From: Corallochytrium limacisporum Hawaii
Lineage: Eukaryota; Protista; Pluriformea
Length of the DNA stretch: 64,000 bases
Direction: 5' to 3'
Assembly (NCBI GenBank): GCA_002811645.1
Contig: PDIP01000126.1
Span: 41,226-105,225, forward strand
A program made the position numbers and the translations under genes. Of this stretch, positions 22,101-35,700 are shown in pieces (the stretch's first letter is position 1; each line of letters begins with the position of its first letter). Below the pieces are notes generated by a model that saw only the letters and a program-made list of their open reading frames with translations, had not been told where the DNA came from and made no database searches.

Positions 22101-25100
22101 AGGGTCACAGGGTCCGCCGCAAGTGTTCACACAAGATCGCTGTTTCATACCCAACATACTTTAAATCAGCTGCAGAAGATCCGACATTTGCTCCTGTTCT
22201 GTCCACCGGCTAGTTACTCGCCATCGCATCTGAATTGTACAAAGGCATCACCGCGTGTCGAGCTGGTTCTAACGCTCCTCCTCGCGCTCCAGCTATTCAT
22301 CACTGATCCATAGAATAGTAACAGGGATGGTAGTAGTGAAAGAAGGCTTTAATGGCATCACTGCCATCGCAGATTTTTTCGTGTCGTTGCTTGAGCAGCA
22401 ACGACGCGCATCCAAATGCCAATGATAACAGTTTCAGAAATTCAGTCGGCAGAGAGCAAAAGGGTAAGGAATGTTTATTTTTGACCTCGGACCTCATTGC
22501 CTGAGTGGGTGTTTGAACGACTGCAGCATATTTGGACCCCGTTGGCTTCTAGGAAAATTTCGTCAGCACCGGTTGGGACAAAGGGCGTGCTGAAATTGTG
22601 TTGGAAGATAGTTCGTCTTGCCTGGGCCCGCAAGCGAGGCGCCGGGGTAAAAAGTAGGAGGGGGGGGGCGGGTAAGGAGCCAACAAACACATGGAAAAAA
22701 AAAGAAAATGAATTTCTAAAGTGCGCAGCAGTTACTGCACACACCTACAAATAGATTTCAACAGAAACCTATTCTTTGTTGTTGATTTTCACCCGCGGGG
22801 GGGAGAGAGAGAGAAGAGAATGAACGGGAGGAGCGTAAGAGGACGTAGTACCGCAAGTTAAAAAGAAACAGGAAGCGTTTTTCTGCTTTAGCCGGTGAGC
22901 CACATCACCACTCAGTCACATACAACATTTCTGTGGGGACATACACTCCCTAGGATCGCTTGTGTGCACACTCACGCAACGCATCAAAGGTTACCGATGT
23001 TGGCAGTGGTGTACCTATGGGAGTCCAATTTGACGCGGCCCGGCGACGTGTCCCTCCGCCCTTGTCAATTTACATTTTCTGTTGCCGTGTGCGGTGGGAA
23101 GCGCGAGTGTTTCGAAACAATTGGAAAAAAGTGCGTAGTCGGACAGCTGCCAAATACGTACTGGTCCTACTACGATTTTTCTCTCGCACATTAAATTTGT
23201 GCAAGATGAGCACGATACCTGAAGGGACAGACTGACGACAATTTAGAAGGGAGCACGATAGTGCCGGACGGTGGTAGCCTCAATGGGTAAACTCGACACT
23301 GAACCAAAACCTCTCTATCCAGATCCGGCACAACATGCGTATCCAACATGCACAGATCAGCGCAGATGCAGTCGCAGAGCCACATGCGCACTGATCGCGC
23401 AGTTCCCCCCCCCCCTCCTCTTTCGCTGTGTTGATATTGTGCTATATAATCTAACTGTATGTGACCATACTTGATGACGCCCGTACCGCATCATCATCGA
23501 CGATTCTTATCCATGTTGTCTTGAAAAGTGATTTTCTGTGGACCTTCAACACAGACCCGCCAGCCGATAGCCAACGCGGCACCTGACATAGTACACTCTG
23601 TGAACGAGAAAAACAATTGTGACGGTGGCGAATCTAGAACCGATAGCCGGCCCCGGTATTTCTAAGATGGACATGGAGGCGACCTTCTGGAAAGCTGGAC
23701 ATGTCGGCCCGCCCACCCGCTCACACCGGGCGCATACGCTGCACAACGTCTTGGGTGCGCGCATATGGTTCTTGTGCTCAGTTCATTTTACCCGCACATG
23801 TGCAACTCAAATGATCGTCGCCAACCCCGTGTTTTATTTTGCCAAAGCCTTCCTTCTGTAAGTGCACCGGCGGGTATGCCATGACAGCAAGAGACAAATG
23901 ACGCAGAGTAGGTCCCCCCCCTCCGGTTTTGAGCACGCTCAATCCATGAGTACGGGAGCGCGGGGGAGGGGATCCGTGTATTTTTTTTTTTCAGATGTGC
24001 TACCAATTTTATCTTTGGTCCCCTTCCAGAGACCCGCTGTAAATTTGGATACTTTATTAGACAACCCAGGCCCTCCTCCGCTCGCGTATGCTTACCTGCC
24101 CTTCCCCTTCCAAAATGTCCCCCCCCCCCAGCCAGCCAGCTACCCTGGCCGCCTCGTTCACTTGTCTTGCGCGCGGTCCCCCCCCCCTTCCAAGTTTTTC
24201 TCCGGTACCGTATCTCTCCGTACCAAAATCAACAGGAAACTATAAGAAGGGAGGGAGAGAGGAGGGGGGGGGGACTGGGGACCGGAACAAAAAAAAACGA
24301 AAAAAAAAACTCTATCCTTTCTCTGTTGTGTGACCTTGTGCCTGCCCCAACCACCGGGTCTCATACAATCCCATTTCCCAGGCCTTTTGGACCCCTGCCC
24401 CGCTACTGCGAGCACTGGCAAGAGAAACAGTAAAGGAAACCCACAAGGGCCATGTGCGTAAAATACATAGTACATTAACTATAGCTCGTGTGGCGTTAGG
24501 ATTAGTGGTAGGAATTTTAGGTGAGAAAAAATTTCCCCTCCATCGCATACCCGCATTCTCGACCACTCATTCTTTTTGTGATCCAACAGTACCTATTTTT
24601 TGTGAGGAGGGCGCTAGGGCTTGCTGCGTTTTCCATACATTTTTGTATGTTTTTCTATGACCGATGCAAACCGTGGTAGGCACGATCATATCCCCCGTCA
24701 CCAGATGTGTGGAAGAGATTCAATGCTGTTGCACAGGAATTCTAAATCCCTAAATATTTCTTATGTTTTGGGCGTTTAGCGCTCCGGTTATGTAAACAAA
24801 GTTCGCCAGTGTTCTATAGTGAATGTATTGGATCTTGATTTCTCCTAGGTTTCCCAACTGCCATAGCTCTATTGTCAGTTAACAAACCTTCCGCCTTTGT
24901 TCCCATGTGCCACATGCACGCATCGCAGACTGTACTGTCACTATGAGTGTGTTGGTCAACATCGCAATTTAATGAATGTGAAGCACTTTGACTGACAACC
25001 AGCAGGTTTAGCGGTTGATGCTGTTGATGTGGGTGTGTGTAATTGCTCTATTTGTGTCGGTCGATACCCCGATTGCCTTGTGTGATGAATTGCACATGTG

Positions 25101-26929
25101 CCGTGTGTGGCCCTCGGTGTGGTCCGTTCTCTGTGGGCGAGAATAGAGAAGTTTGAGCGCCCATGCACTCGGGGTGCGGGTGCATCCGTCAGTAGGTGCC
25201 AACCGCGAACGCCGACAAAAACCCTCATCCACCCATGAACGACAGTGGGCCGACTGCGAGCGGCAGGAGAAATCGTCCGTTTAGTCGGTTTTGCGCATGC
25301 TAACCTGTGCCCATGGCATGCACACACACTCACAAGCGCAAAAGTCCCCCAATCCCAACGTAGTAGCCACCTCATTGGCCATTCCTCCATCCAGTGTGGA
25401 CGCTGATGGCGGCGTTTGGATGCTGGAGCGGACCATAAGTTGGTGGTACTGTCACCTTTGTGGAGGGTTGGTGTTGGGAAAATATCGATGGGTGATGCAG
25501 AACGATGATGAAGGATGCTGATGCTGTGTGGTCGATGCACCAAGAGAGATCTATCGGGTGATCCAGTACTGACGGAAACATGAACCGTGTGAGAGAATTT
25601 GAGACCAGCGGAGATGAGGGATACGATGGTCACATACAGTGTCCAGCGCTGCGTAGTATGTGAGCGGGAGCAGTCCCCCTCCCCACCCCGGAATGTAAAT
25701 GCCGCACCTGCGTCCTCGGTCCGACCCAGAGCATATCATTTTCCTTATACTGAATTTATGACGTGATGCGAACGGCTTCGAGGCACTCTTCAGTTATGCC
25801 ACAGCAGAACCTTTCGTGTAAGCGCGTACCGTTAGGTTGGTGGGGGGGGGAGGAAGACTGCATCGGTGTCCGCAAGGAGTCCTGTTGGGAATATTGTGAC
25901 TTGCCAGGGGGAGGAGAGGTAGGTATTATAAGTATTGGATATACCGCCACTCCTCAGGATACTGCATAAATACGCAAATACCAATATCATTATCAGTGAG
26001 GTTTCGCTATCACGATACACCAGTTACAACATAACTGACGAGGCTGCGGTACCACAGCACGCCTCTCGGTGAATTACACCCCATACTGAATGTACCAGAG
26101 TATATCAAGGGGGTCACTGGACGAGTACTGAAACCGCTTTTTTTGAGTCGTTAAAATTTCGTTGTAGGTCCGGGGTGTCCAATCTCCCGTTCTGTTCGCT
26201 TATGTCAATAGAGTTGATGGTTTTGGTACCGTGATCAGCGCTCGGTCTTATAATTTCTAAGAAATTGGTCCGCTGTGCACGCTGCAAAAACACACAGGCA
26301 CACACCCACCCCTTGGTCCTCCCCGCTTCCTGCCCGCACCGCGCACAGAGACACAGACACGCTCAGAAGCGCCCGAACATACAAAAAATAGAAACTGACC
26401 CATCACGACCCACCGGACCATATCTGTACAGCTCCATACCCGAGAGATACACTCCAACTAAGGGTCCCAATCATCGTGTTCTTCTGGAAACATGCGAGAA
26501 GGGTGGGGAAACGCGGTCACAGTGACCATACTCTTGTCCGTGCCCGTTCATCACCATACCCATCATCCATCCATCCACCATCAGTCAAACTGAAACTCTT
26601 CCGAGAAAAAAAGCATTCATTGATTAGAGTAGATAGACAGACGAACGATCGTAGGGCGCAGCGGTGAGCACACGCAGGCTTAACGTAAATCAACTCCACG
26701 TACGCAGTCACGACGGGATCCGGGCTGTCCAATCCCTGCGCAGCGACGGCAGTATCAAGAGAGCCGCAGGCTAGCGGGATGGGGCATGAGAGCGACAGCG
26801 AGAGAAATTGAGAAAGCGATAGTGCGCGATTAGACCGCCTCCAACAGGCAAGGGAGATATGCAACGCTCTGCTGGAGGAGAGCGGTTTGTGGTGAGCGGT
26901 GAACCAGAACAAGCACAGACACAGACAAA

Positions 26930-27116
26930 TGACAGGGAGAGAGGGAGAGAGAGAGAGAGAGTGTGTGTGTGTTTGTGCCAGAGAGCGAGAGCGAGAAAGA
27001 GAGAAAGAGAGACAGAGAGAAAGAGAGAAAGAGAGACAGAGAGAAAGAGAGAGAGAAAAGAAAGAGAGAGAGGGAGAGAAAAGAAAGAGAGAGAGGGAGA
27101 GAAAGATTGAGAGAGT
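26930..27116. repeat. Compound (GA)n/(GT)n microsatellite with a higher-order 24-bp unit
   Basis: Purine-rich run with gagaaagagagaaagagagacaga repeated, about 560 bp downstream of the zinc-finger stop codon. Confidence 0.9.
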
Positions 27117-27672
27117 TAGCAAGAACAGCGCGGCTGTAAGAACTACGGCGAGGAAAGGAGAGAAGGGGAGCTCAAAAAAAGGAAGGGTGGTGACCAAGCC
27201 AAGCTAAGAGATAGAGAAAAACGAGGAACAATTTTCGGGAAGTGAGGCGAAGGGCGCATTGATGTGCAGAGACTCCGTGAGGACAAGGGAGTAGACAATT
27301 TTTTGCTAAAAGGGACAGAACAGGAAATAAACTGGGCGTCAGCGACCTGGAACGAGGCAGACTTCTACAAAATGCGACTCCCGCCCCCTACCATACATCA
27401 TAGTCACTGATAGTGTGGAGAATTGGTTGGAGATAGAGAGATGGATATTGGTGATTGTACCGCTGCACAGTTTCAATTGGGAAGAAACACACCGTATTCG
27501 TATTATGTATGAAATGCTCAGTGAATTTTGTATATATATTGTATGCTGATGATGGATTTAGGATGATGAAATTATGACATATGATGACTGACTACTAGTT
27601 GCGGCAACGCATATAGGGTTGAGAATCTCCAGGACCTCAAAGCGATGGTTTTTATACCTCAAACCGGTCCGC

Positions 27673-29055
27673 TTAGAAAGAAGGGAATTGCATGACGCTG
27701 GGCATGGCAAAGGCACCGTAGTCCAGGCCAATGGTACCAGCACCGCCGGACCAGCGAGTGGCACTCTGCTGGTCGAAGGCCTGCTGCTGGTTGTAGTAAG
27801 CGTTGGGCTCGTCCACCATGCTAGGCATCATGGGCCCGTCGTACAGACCAGCGACGGCAGAGTACATGGGATTGTAGCTGTCAGCTGTGGCGCCAGGGCT
27901 CACATCGTTGGCAGTCTGACGACCAGAGCTGCCGGGAGAGTCAGGCAGAGTGGTGATCTCCGAGTAGTTGCTGGCGGCACGGTTCAGGTTCTGCACCGGG
28001 CGAGAGGTGCTGGACCAAGATGCCTTGTTAGCGAGGGTGAAGGAGCCAGAGGAGGACATGGAAGCAGACAGGCTGGCCTGCTCGATGCTCACAAGGGAGT
28101 TGCTAGACACAGAGCTGGCAGGATCCATGATGTACTCACTACCAGGTGCAGTCAGCTGGTCGTAAGCGCCAGGGGCAGCGGGGAACTCAAAGCTGTTGCG
28201 GCCGAGCATGGTCACGGGGCGGTTGAACTGGTCAATCACCTTCTGTTGCTGCTGGTTCGCGTTGGCAGTGACAGCGGCAGCGGCGGCAGCGGCAACAGCG
28301 GGGGCAACCTGCTGCTGAGGCTGCTGCTGCTGAGGCTGCTGCTGCTGAATCTGACGCTTCTGCTGGCCACGGCGACCAGGGGTGGTAGTCTGCTGAGCAC
28401 CAGCGGGCAGAGGCTCGTCACGGTGCAGAGCACGCTCGTGAGAGACCTTGTGGATGCGCTGGGTGAAGGCACGGTCACAGTAAGAGCACTTGTAGGGCTT
28501 CTCACCGGTGTGGATGCGCTCGTGCTTACGGCGGGCGTCGGAGTGGACGAAGCCCTTGCCGCAGAACTGGCACACGAAGGGGCGCTCACCAGTGTGCTGG
28601 CGGACGTGGGTAGCCAAGGCAGAGCTCACAGCAAAGGCCTTGGGGCACTGCTTGCACTTGTAAGGCTTGGCACCAGTGTGGGTGCGAATGTGCTTCTGCA
28701 AGTCGCACTTCTGAGCGAAGGCAGAGGGGCAGTATGAGCACTTGAAGGGGCGCTCGCCAGTGTGGACACGCTGGTGGCGGACCTTCTGGTTTTGGTAGGC
28801 AAAGCACTTACCGCAGACCTCGCACTGGTGAGGCTTGTTGCCGTTGTGTTGACCTTCGTGGATCTTGAGCTCAGTGCGGCGAGTGAAGGTTTGGGGGCAC
28901 TGCTTGCACTTGTAGACCTGCACGGGCTTCTTGGTGATCATGCCCATGGGAGCAGGAGTAGGGTTTGTCAGGCCAACCTGGGCGACCAGGTTGGGCATGG
29001 CGGCGGCGACAGTAGTATCGACCGCAGTCTGGCCGAGTTGACTTCCAAGACTCAT
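27673..29055 (-). CDS. C2H2 zinc-finger transcription factor (six tandem fingers; Q-, A- and S-rich C-terminal region)
   Basis: Six CxxC-x12-Hxxx(x)H fingers with NGNKP, TGERP, TGAKP, TGERP and TGEKP linkers at 28423-28914, and strong codon bias. The ORF is open from 29250, but ATG 29055 (gccatcATG, MSLGSQ) looks the more likely start. Confidence 0.93.
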   Translation of the reverse strand: MSLGSQLGQTAVDTTVAAAMPNLVAQVGLTNPTPAPMGMITKKPVQVYKCKQCPQTFTRRTELKIHEGQHNGNKPHQCEVCGKCFAYQNQKVRHQRVHTGERPFKCSYCPSAFAQKCDLQKHIRTHTGAKPYKCKQCPKAFAVSSALATHVRQHTGERPFVCQFCGKGFVHSDARRKHERIHTGEKPYKCSYCDRAFTQRIHKVSHERALHRDEPLPAGAQQTTTPGRRGQQKRQIQQQQPQQQQPQQQVAPAVAAAAAAAVTANANQQQQKVIDQFNRPVTMLGRNSFEFPAAPGAYDQLTAPGSEYIMDPASSVSSNSLVSIEQASLSASMSSSGSFTLANKASWSSTSRPVQNLNRAASNYSEITTLPDSPGSSGRQTANDVSPGATADSYNPMYSAVAGLYDGPMMPSMVDEPNAYYNQQQAFDQQSATRWSGGAGTIGLDYGAFAMPSVMQFPSF

Positions 29056-29518
29056 GATGGCTGTGATAGTGTTGTGTGTGAGTGGACTACTGTGGGCTAT
29101 TGGAGTATAGTAAGGCCATTGAATATCGATCCTTTCGGACCTTAAGGTTGTCTCTGAAGTGCTGCTCAATAAATACCCCAAGTGATCATGATCTTGACGG
29201 GTGATAACTTGGTGATGACCTTTCTGTTCCGTACATTTAATGTCCTGCATCTGAATGGCCTTTCTCTGTCTCCGTCAAACAATCCACCCGCCGGCGGGAA
29301 ATAAACCCCTCGACTCCACTATTGTCACTCTACCGCGAGCTCCCCCCCCTTCGAGCCTTCCCTCTGTTCTGGTTTTCTTTATTCTTGTCGTCACAAATCT
29401 ATTTCAAGGCCATATACTTTCTCTATGCAGGACCTAGGCTTTACACTCTCCCAAAACCGCCTCTCCCTCTCCCAATCTCTCCAGTGCCACTATGAGTCTT
29501 CGGTGAGAAGCACCCCCC

Positions 29519-29763
29519 NNNNNNNNNNNNNNNNNNNNNNNNNNNNNNNNNNNNNNNNNNNNNNNNNNNNNNNNNNNNNNNNNNNNNNNNNNNNNNNNNN
29601 NNNNNNNNNNNNNNNNNNNNNNNNNNNNNNNNNNNNNNNNNNNNNNNNNNNNNNNNNNNNNNNNNNNNNNNNNNNNNNNNNNNNNNNNNNNNNNNNNNNN
29701 NNNNNNNNNNNNNNNNNNNNNNNNNNNNNNNNNNNNNNNNNNNNNNNNNNNNNNNNNNNNNNN
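29519..29763. other. Assembly gap
   Basis: N run flanked by C tracts and ccccgggg. Confidence 1.
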
Positions 29764-32700
29764 CCTCCCCGGGGAAAGGGGGGGAGAGAGTTGTGGTGGT
29801 TGCGATCTCTGGGTGAAACCCTCCAGACCCCTTTCCCCCCTTTCCCCCCTTCCCCCCCTTCTGTCCTTTAACACACTCTCTCCTTGCCTTCCCAGTGCGC
29901 GCCGCTGTCCCTTCCTCCCTTCCCCCTTTTCCCAATCTCTCTCAGCTCGGCCTCTGTGCCTTGCCTTTCCCTGTGCCCGAGGCATCTGGAGGTGTCCACT
30001 GCTCCCCCAATGATCTGCGTACAATAGCGGCCGCCATCCTCCACTGTACAGTGGATCCTTTGAGAGACAATAGATCTCCGTCACTTCTGCTGCCCAGTAT
30101 ATGATGTTTCTGCAGGATGTTCATAGTCAATTCACTTGTCCAACAGAGAACCGGGGAAGCCCGGATTCCCTTTTCCCCCGTCTCCGCTCCTCGCAGGCAA
30201 TTTTGGCTGGTTCCTTGGGGTTTCCCCCTTCCCCTCTCTCCTCCCCTGGCTTTCCCCCTTTTCCCGCTTGGAGAGCAAGTGTTCTCGGTGTGAGGAGTGG
30301 GGCATCGCATCCCGTCACGTATACATCCGACTTTTGGTCCAAGAGTAAGGGACTATAGGTCCGGCTAACTAGGTATAACACTCTCTCAAGACTCTCTATA
30401 GCGAAATATATGCACTCTGTGTGAAGAAGACGCACCACCAATACCAAGTTTTTTTTATGTTGATTTTGTGCGCAACGTACATAGACTATGCCATATCCAC
30501 TCCCACCAGCCAGGCATGCCCACCCAAGCGGACAACCCTCACTACTACCAGCCACAGCAGAGCTGAGTTCGGGACCATAATACGCCCGCCCAAAAAACTC
30601 TCCAATGGGTTTTTTTTGGCAGGCGAATTGATTAATTCATGTCTGCCACTAAAAAACCATCGCACCCTGCACATAAGATTTTTTTCTTGTCCTATGCCAC
30701 ATTCTCTCCCGTATTTTTTTTTTTTCTTTTGGTGGCACGGATGGAAGGGGGGGTCTCGTCTGCGCTCCCTTCCGTCTCACTGCGCTGTGGTCGTCGTTCC
30801 TCGCCCACTGTTTTGCCATTTGGGTTCCCTTGGCCGATGGGAGCCGGAGCCAATCAACGTAGGCGTTTGGTGGCGCCCTCAATTCACCTGCGCACCCACT
30901 ATAGACCTCGCTTCAGTAGTACCATCGTCATTGGGAGACGAAGAGGAAAATGATTTTCCTGTTTGACTGGGATCTATGGGACCGTCGGCTTAGTTGACCT
31001 ATTTCTCGGGAACTTATGATGATCGAATGTTGTATTATATCCACCAAGACTGCAGAAATTTGACGAACAGATGTATTTTGAGGGGTGGAGTGTGAGAGTT
31101 ACAGTTTTTCAGTATTTCGGAACCGGCACATAAGCCAGCCTTTCCCCTTCCCCCCCCCCCCCCTTTAGCTCTCTCCACCCTTAATCCTCCTCTATGTACA
31201 CTGGTTTACTATAGGGAATCCCCCCCCATCGAAGGTTTTTCAATGTAATTGCAAACAAATGTTAGAAGTACGATATATAGAACATACCGACGGCGCAGGG
31301 GCTTCGGTGGCTTGTTCTTAGAGTTGAAAATATTTGACAGTTCGAAGATCAGAAAGTTACTGCATTAATGAAGTTGATATATGTCTGTCTGTTTTGCTTG
31401 TAGCCATATGGTAACTTTTAGCGTCACTTTTTAGGCACCGCTATGCAACCGTGTAACAGAAACATCATTGGCCAATACAAAAGGCAGGTCCTAGGGTCGA
31501 GGCGCATGTTATGTGGTAAAGATACATCATGTGCAGTACAGCACATACATCGTTCGATAGTATCAATGCTCTGCTCAGATGTTCTATGTACTATGTAACT
31601 GGAATGCAAAATTGCGTGCTGGCGGCGAGTTGCGAGAACTGACGAGTGGGGAGAAGCTCAGCCCCTCCGGAAAAACTGAAAAAGGGCCGCACATGAGCAT
31701 GCTCGCGGACCAAACTTCGGATACATATGATTAGCGCTTGGCGAGCTGAAGCCAGGGTGTGCCTGCAGTTGGATGTCTGAATGTATTGTGATGTTGATGT
31801 GACCATCACAGGCTGCAATGCCACGAGTATTTGTCGATGGGTGGATGTGTCTGTAAATTCTGTGACACTTCCTGTGATCTGTGCGAGTATATCGAAAGGC
31901 CCAGATCCACTCGCCACGGGCTCTACGAGCTGTATTGCCCATATAAGAGAGAACACTTACCTGCAGTTTTAGACTGTGCCTTGCGACGGTGACGATGGGC
32001 AATGCATGTCTATAACTGGATTGTCCATGTGGACGGTATAGTTAGACCGGGAACGGTATAATATTTCGATGGGTTACAGTGGGAAGCACAGACGTCACAC
32101 TGGCACTTGAGGAAGCAGTCACATATACACGTACTAGGGTCAAGTATAGGGAGCCATTGCGGAGGACGGTTGAATCGCAAGACTCGGGTGAGGTCTCCAA
32201 GTCCCAAGGACTTGGCTCCTCTTGTCGATGACTGTGGTACTTTTACTATAGAGAAGTAACCGGAAAAATTTTCCTTTGACAATCTCGCGCACTATTACTA
32301 TTGCATAAACTCCTTGTTTTTTTTTCCTTCCGTTTCTTCGTTATTCCACGTGCACCTGTGTCGATGGGTGGTTGAAACCCTAAGCTTTCGCCAGTACGTA
32401 CCGAAGATGAATCGACGCCCCATTTCCATACTTAATGTATAGAAAAGTGGGCCATTTGCTAAAAATTCTTTTGTGCTTGTACAACATACTCGCGGGTTGA
32501 CGACGATGACGGGAACTGGCCAAACCCTTAAAAAAAGGCTCGCAAAGTCCAAAAAAATGAGAACGAAAGGAAAAAAAAGCCCCCCCCCCCTCTCTTCTCT
32601 CCCCGCGTCTCGCCTTCCACCCCCGGGCTTTTTTGCCCGTCGTCCAAAACAATCCCCCTTTTGACTGTTCGCGTTCAGTATGTGACTTCATTTGACCGTT

Positions 32701-35700
32701 AAGCCTGCTTGCAGACCCCCAGTGGGGCTAGTGACCATGTGCCCCCCTCGATGCTTTCTATGGTAGAGCAACCTTGTGCATTCCTGTATGTCTGGAACTG
32801 AACTGGTACTGAATGTATAGACCATCTATTCATTGGCCCAAACTCCATCACCCAAACATTGCGTAGAAGTAAATTTTTTCCTCAATTTCGATCGTGTTTT
32901 TCGTACGCACCTAGTCCAGTATTCTCGTTTAACCGTCGAGTGGGAGATCGAAATGAGGCCAAACGAAAACTAGCAGAGTGGTTTCAATGCTCTCAGCAAT
33001 CAAATGCTCTTGACCCGGTCATTGATAGGGGATGAGTATCGGGTCCTAGTTTTCTCTTCTTTTTCTTTCTATTTGTATTAAAAACGAAGAACTTCATCTC
33101 TTCCGTATTCTTCTCCGCATATCTTTCTCTCCATTCATCTTCCCCCCCCCCTGTTTCACTCTCCGGAAGGGGGGGGGGGAGCGGGACCTCTCCTCACGAG
33201 GCGAGCCTGAAAGGGCCCCACTTGCTTTCTCACACTTCTGTTGCCTCTTTATTGACCGTTAGTTCCTAAGCCCTCTCTCTGGCGGCTCGGTTTGAGAGCC
33301 TATCCTAAACCAACGGTCGCATCTTAGTGGCTGCTGCTATCTCTCTTGACTTGTGGGACACTTTATGCACTCGTGGATTAACTGCTAACCTATCAGCTCT
33401 CTCAGCAACTGAGTAAATAGACGGGACGGTAACGCGCTCGCACAACTCAGGGCTACAAATCAGACAGCCGGTACCGTTGCACGATACCCGGCTATTCATT
33501 GTGGGTGATCTCTGCAATTGGATGTGGTCTCGCAGACTTATGACTGACCTCGCGCGAGAGCCATCATCACGTTCAGGTTGCAGGTAGAGAGATTAGGTCT
33601 ATAGTGCAATGTGAGCGCAGCATGCCGCCTAGATATCTCGTATTCTCAATAATGATATTTGTAATATTATATGAACACATTGCGTACGCCTCGCATAGTC
33701 GAAGCCTCACCAACAGCCGTTTATAATGGATTTCAGTTTGTTAGCATCTTAATACTGGATGAATGAGCCGTGATATGAATATACACAATATCACCACCGG
33801 TAGTGGTGCACAGAACTAGTTGTGTTGCTTGGCTTTCTGTCCCTTCGTGTCTTTGTCTGACTGTGCAGTATATGAGGGATCGGATCGATGGAAAGAAAGA
33901 TCCAAGACGACTTGCACGCACCACGTATAATCGTGTCGATTGCTTTAGATGAAAAGCAACTCTGATCGTGTAGAGATATACCATATGTATATATGTAGTT
34001 CTGTTCATCTAGCCGTTCGTGTCTGCCCCTCAGGTTGGTTCACCATTGTTCTTCGACAGAGATATCTATGGAACAAAGCAGTAGCTCAGGCGTTAACTCT
34101 ACTATAAAACTATAGGGACCCATAGTATAGTTTCGAAGCAATTACAGGAATAGGGGCTTATTGAATTTCCTACTCTTTCACGCCCTTCTCTGACATTCTA
34201 GCTCTTATTTTGCGCTACTCACTCTTCTGCCGATCTCGCCATGGATTCGTTTATGACTGAATGTATTTGTTCTTCTTCAGTCACGGGGATCGTCATGTTA
34301 GGCGGTGGTGTGTTAAAACAATGGTATCTTCAATTTTGTCACTCCTCATCAGCCCTTCGACACGTACTCTCAAAGCAGGGGAGTCATGACCGACAAGCCA
34401 CCCACATCATAGTGTTTGCTTAGCAATGCTTCATTCGGGCCCGCAAGGTGGGGTGGTCCAACGCAGATTCGACCAGCCAATGCCCATAACAAACGAGGCA
34501 CACGACTCCCTTTTCCTTCTCCTCCCCCGACTGTGAGGCAAGAAAGTCATCCCGGGAGAATCCTCTGTATTGGAACCGAGAATGTGCGAGAAAGAGCGAC
34601 CGAAGTACCAAATCTTCACGCCCTTTCGGGAATACACTCGGCGCATGATAGCGAACGAATACTTTAAGGAACAACTGCGAAAGCGGGATTCCCCTACATT
34701 ATGTATAGCAAACTCAATAAAGTTTCCATACCGCTTGCGCTCTCACACCGGGTTCTGCTTGGTGTTCCTTTCCGGCGCCCCCACACAGAAGGATCACTTG
34801 GAAACTTTAAGACTCAGGAGTTGTTGAATTGCGTATGCAAGTAGCCCATATATACAATACCACTCGAGGGAGGGAAGAATCTAGTGCGGGCGGTCTGGGA
34901 GTTCGGAGTTTCGGCTGGCCCGCTGGTTTTGCGTCTGGGTGTCCTCAATGGGCAACTTCGACGGTCTCTTCTGCGGGATTGTCCACCACTTGGTTCTGAA
35001 GCCCGAAGAGCGCGCGGTTTCTGCTCACCGGCGGCAACCAAACCGTTACGTTTTTCCGAACGTTGGGGCGTTCACATACAACAGCGCACTGCTGTGATAC
35101 CGCGAGCTTCGAACCTTGGTATAGAAACAGAAGTGAAATGGCACAGTATTTGATTTGCGTAGATCAGATTTGTAGTCCGTGTTTGCCTAGCGAAGCCATT
35201 GCTGTCTCTCCGCTCCCAGTTTATGGAAACAACCTAAGCGACCGAGGGGAGCGTGCACAAAGGTATGTGTTCTTAGACATTTCCCGCCTACGCCTCTTCT
35301 TCTTTGTTTCAGACGGAGCACCACGCACACGGAATGAAAACGAAGGAATGAATAGAAGTTGACGGGTTTGTTGAGAGATGGTTGTGGAATGGGACTTTCT
35401 CCCTGTATATAAGAGAGTTAAGGGGACCGCGGACTGCTTCTTGTTCATGTCACTTGGGTGTAGGTGTTGTCGTGGACGGTAAGTTCGACGCGTGTGTTTA
35501 CGCTTGCTTCAAAAAATAAGTGATGGGTGAGCAGGGTTCTCTCAAGCACACACACACGTTGTTACTCTTACTGGCAATGGTTGGATACACGGCGGCAACG
35601 AAACGGAGCATCACCTAATGTACCAGATCCTATTGTCCATAGCTGCCATAAGCAACATTCCGCTTCGGTCCGTATCTTGTGTTCATAGTTCCGCTTGCTT

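Noticed and set aside
24956-25633. 225-aa minus-strand ORF
   Set aside because: Random-looking composition rich in R, H, W and C, non-ATG start, no domain.
26517-27207. LSLS and RERE ORFs that look like TM or coiled-coil proteins
   Set aside because: Translations of the (GA)n/(CT)n microsatellite.
27619-28737. 372-aa ORF antisense to the zinc-finger gene
   Set aside because: Shadow ORF caused by the strong codon bias of the real gene; no motifs.
29056-29250. 65-codon N-terminal extension of the zinc-finger ORF
   Set aside because: Lacks the codon bias of the rest of the gene and is more likely 5' UTR, though this is not excluded without transcript data.
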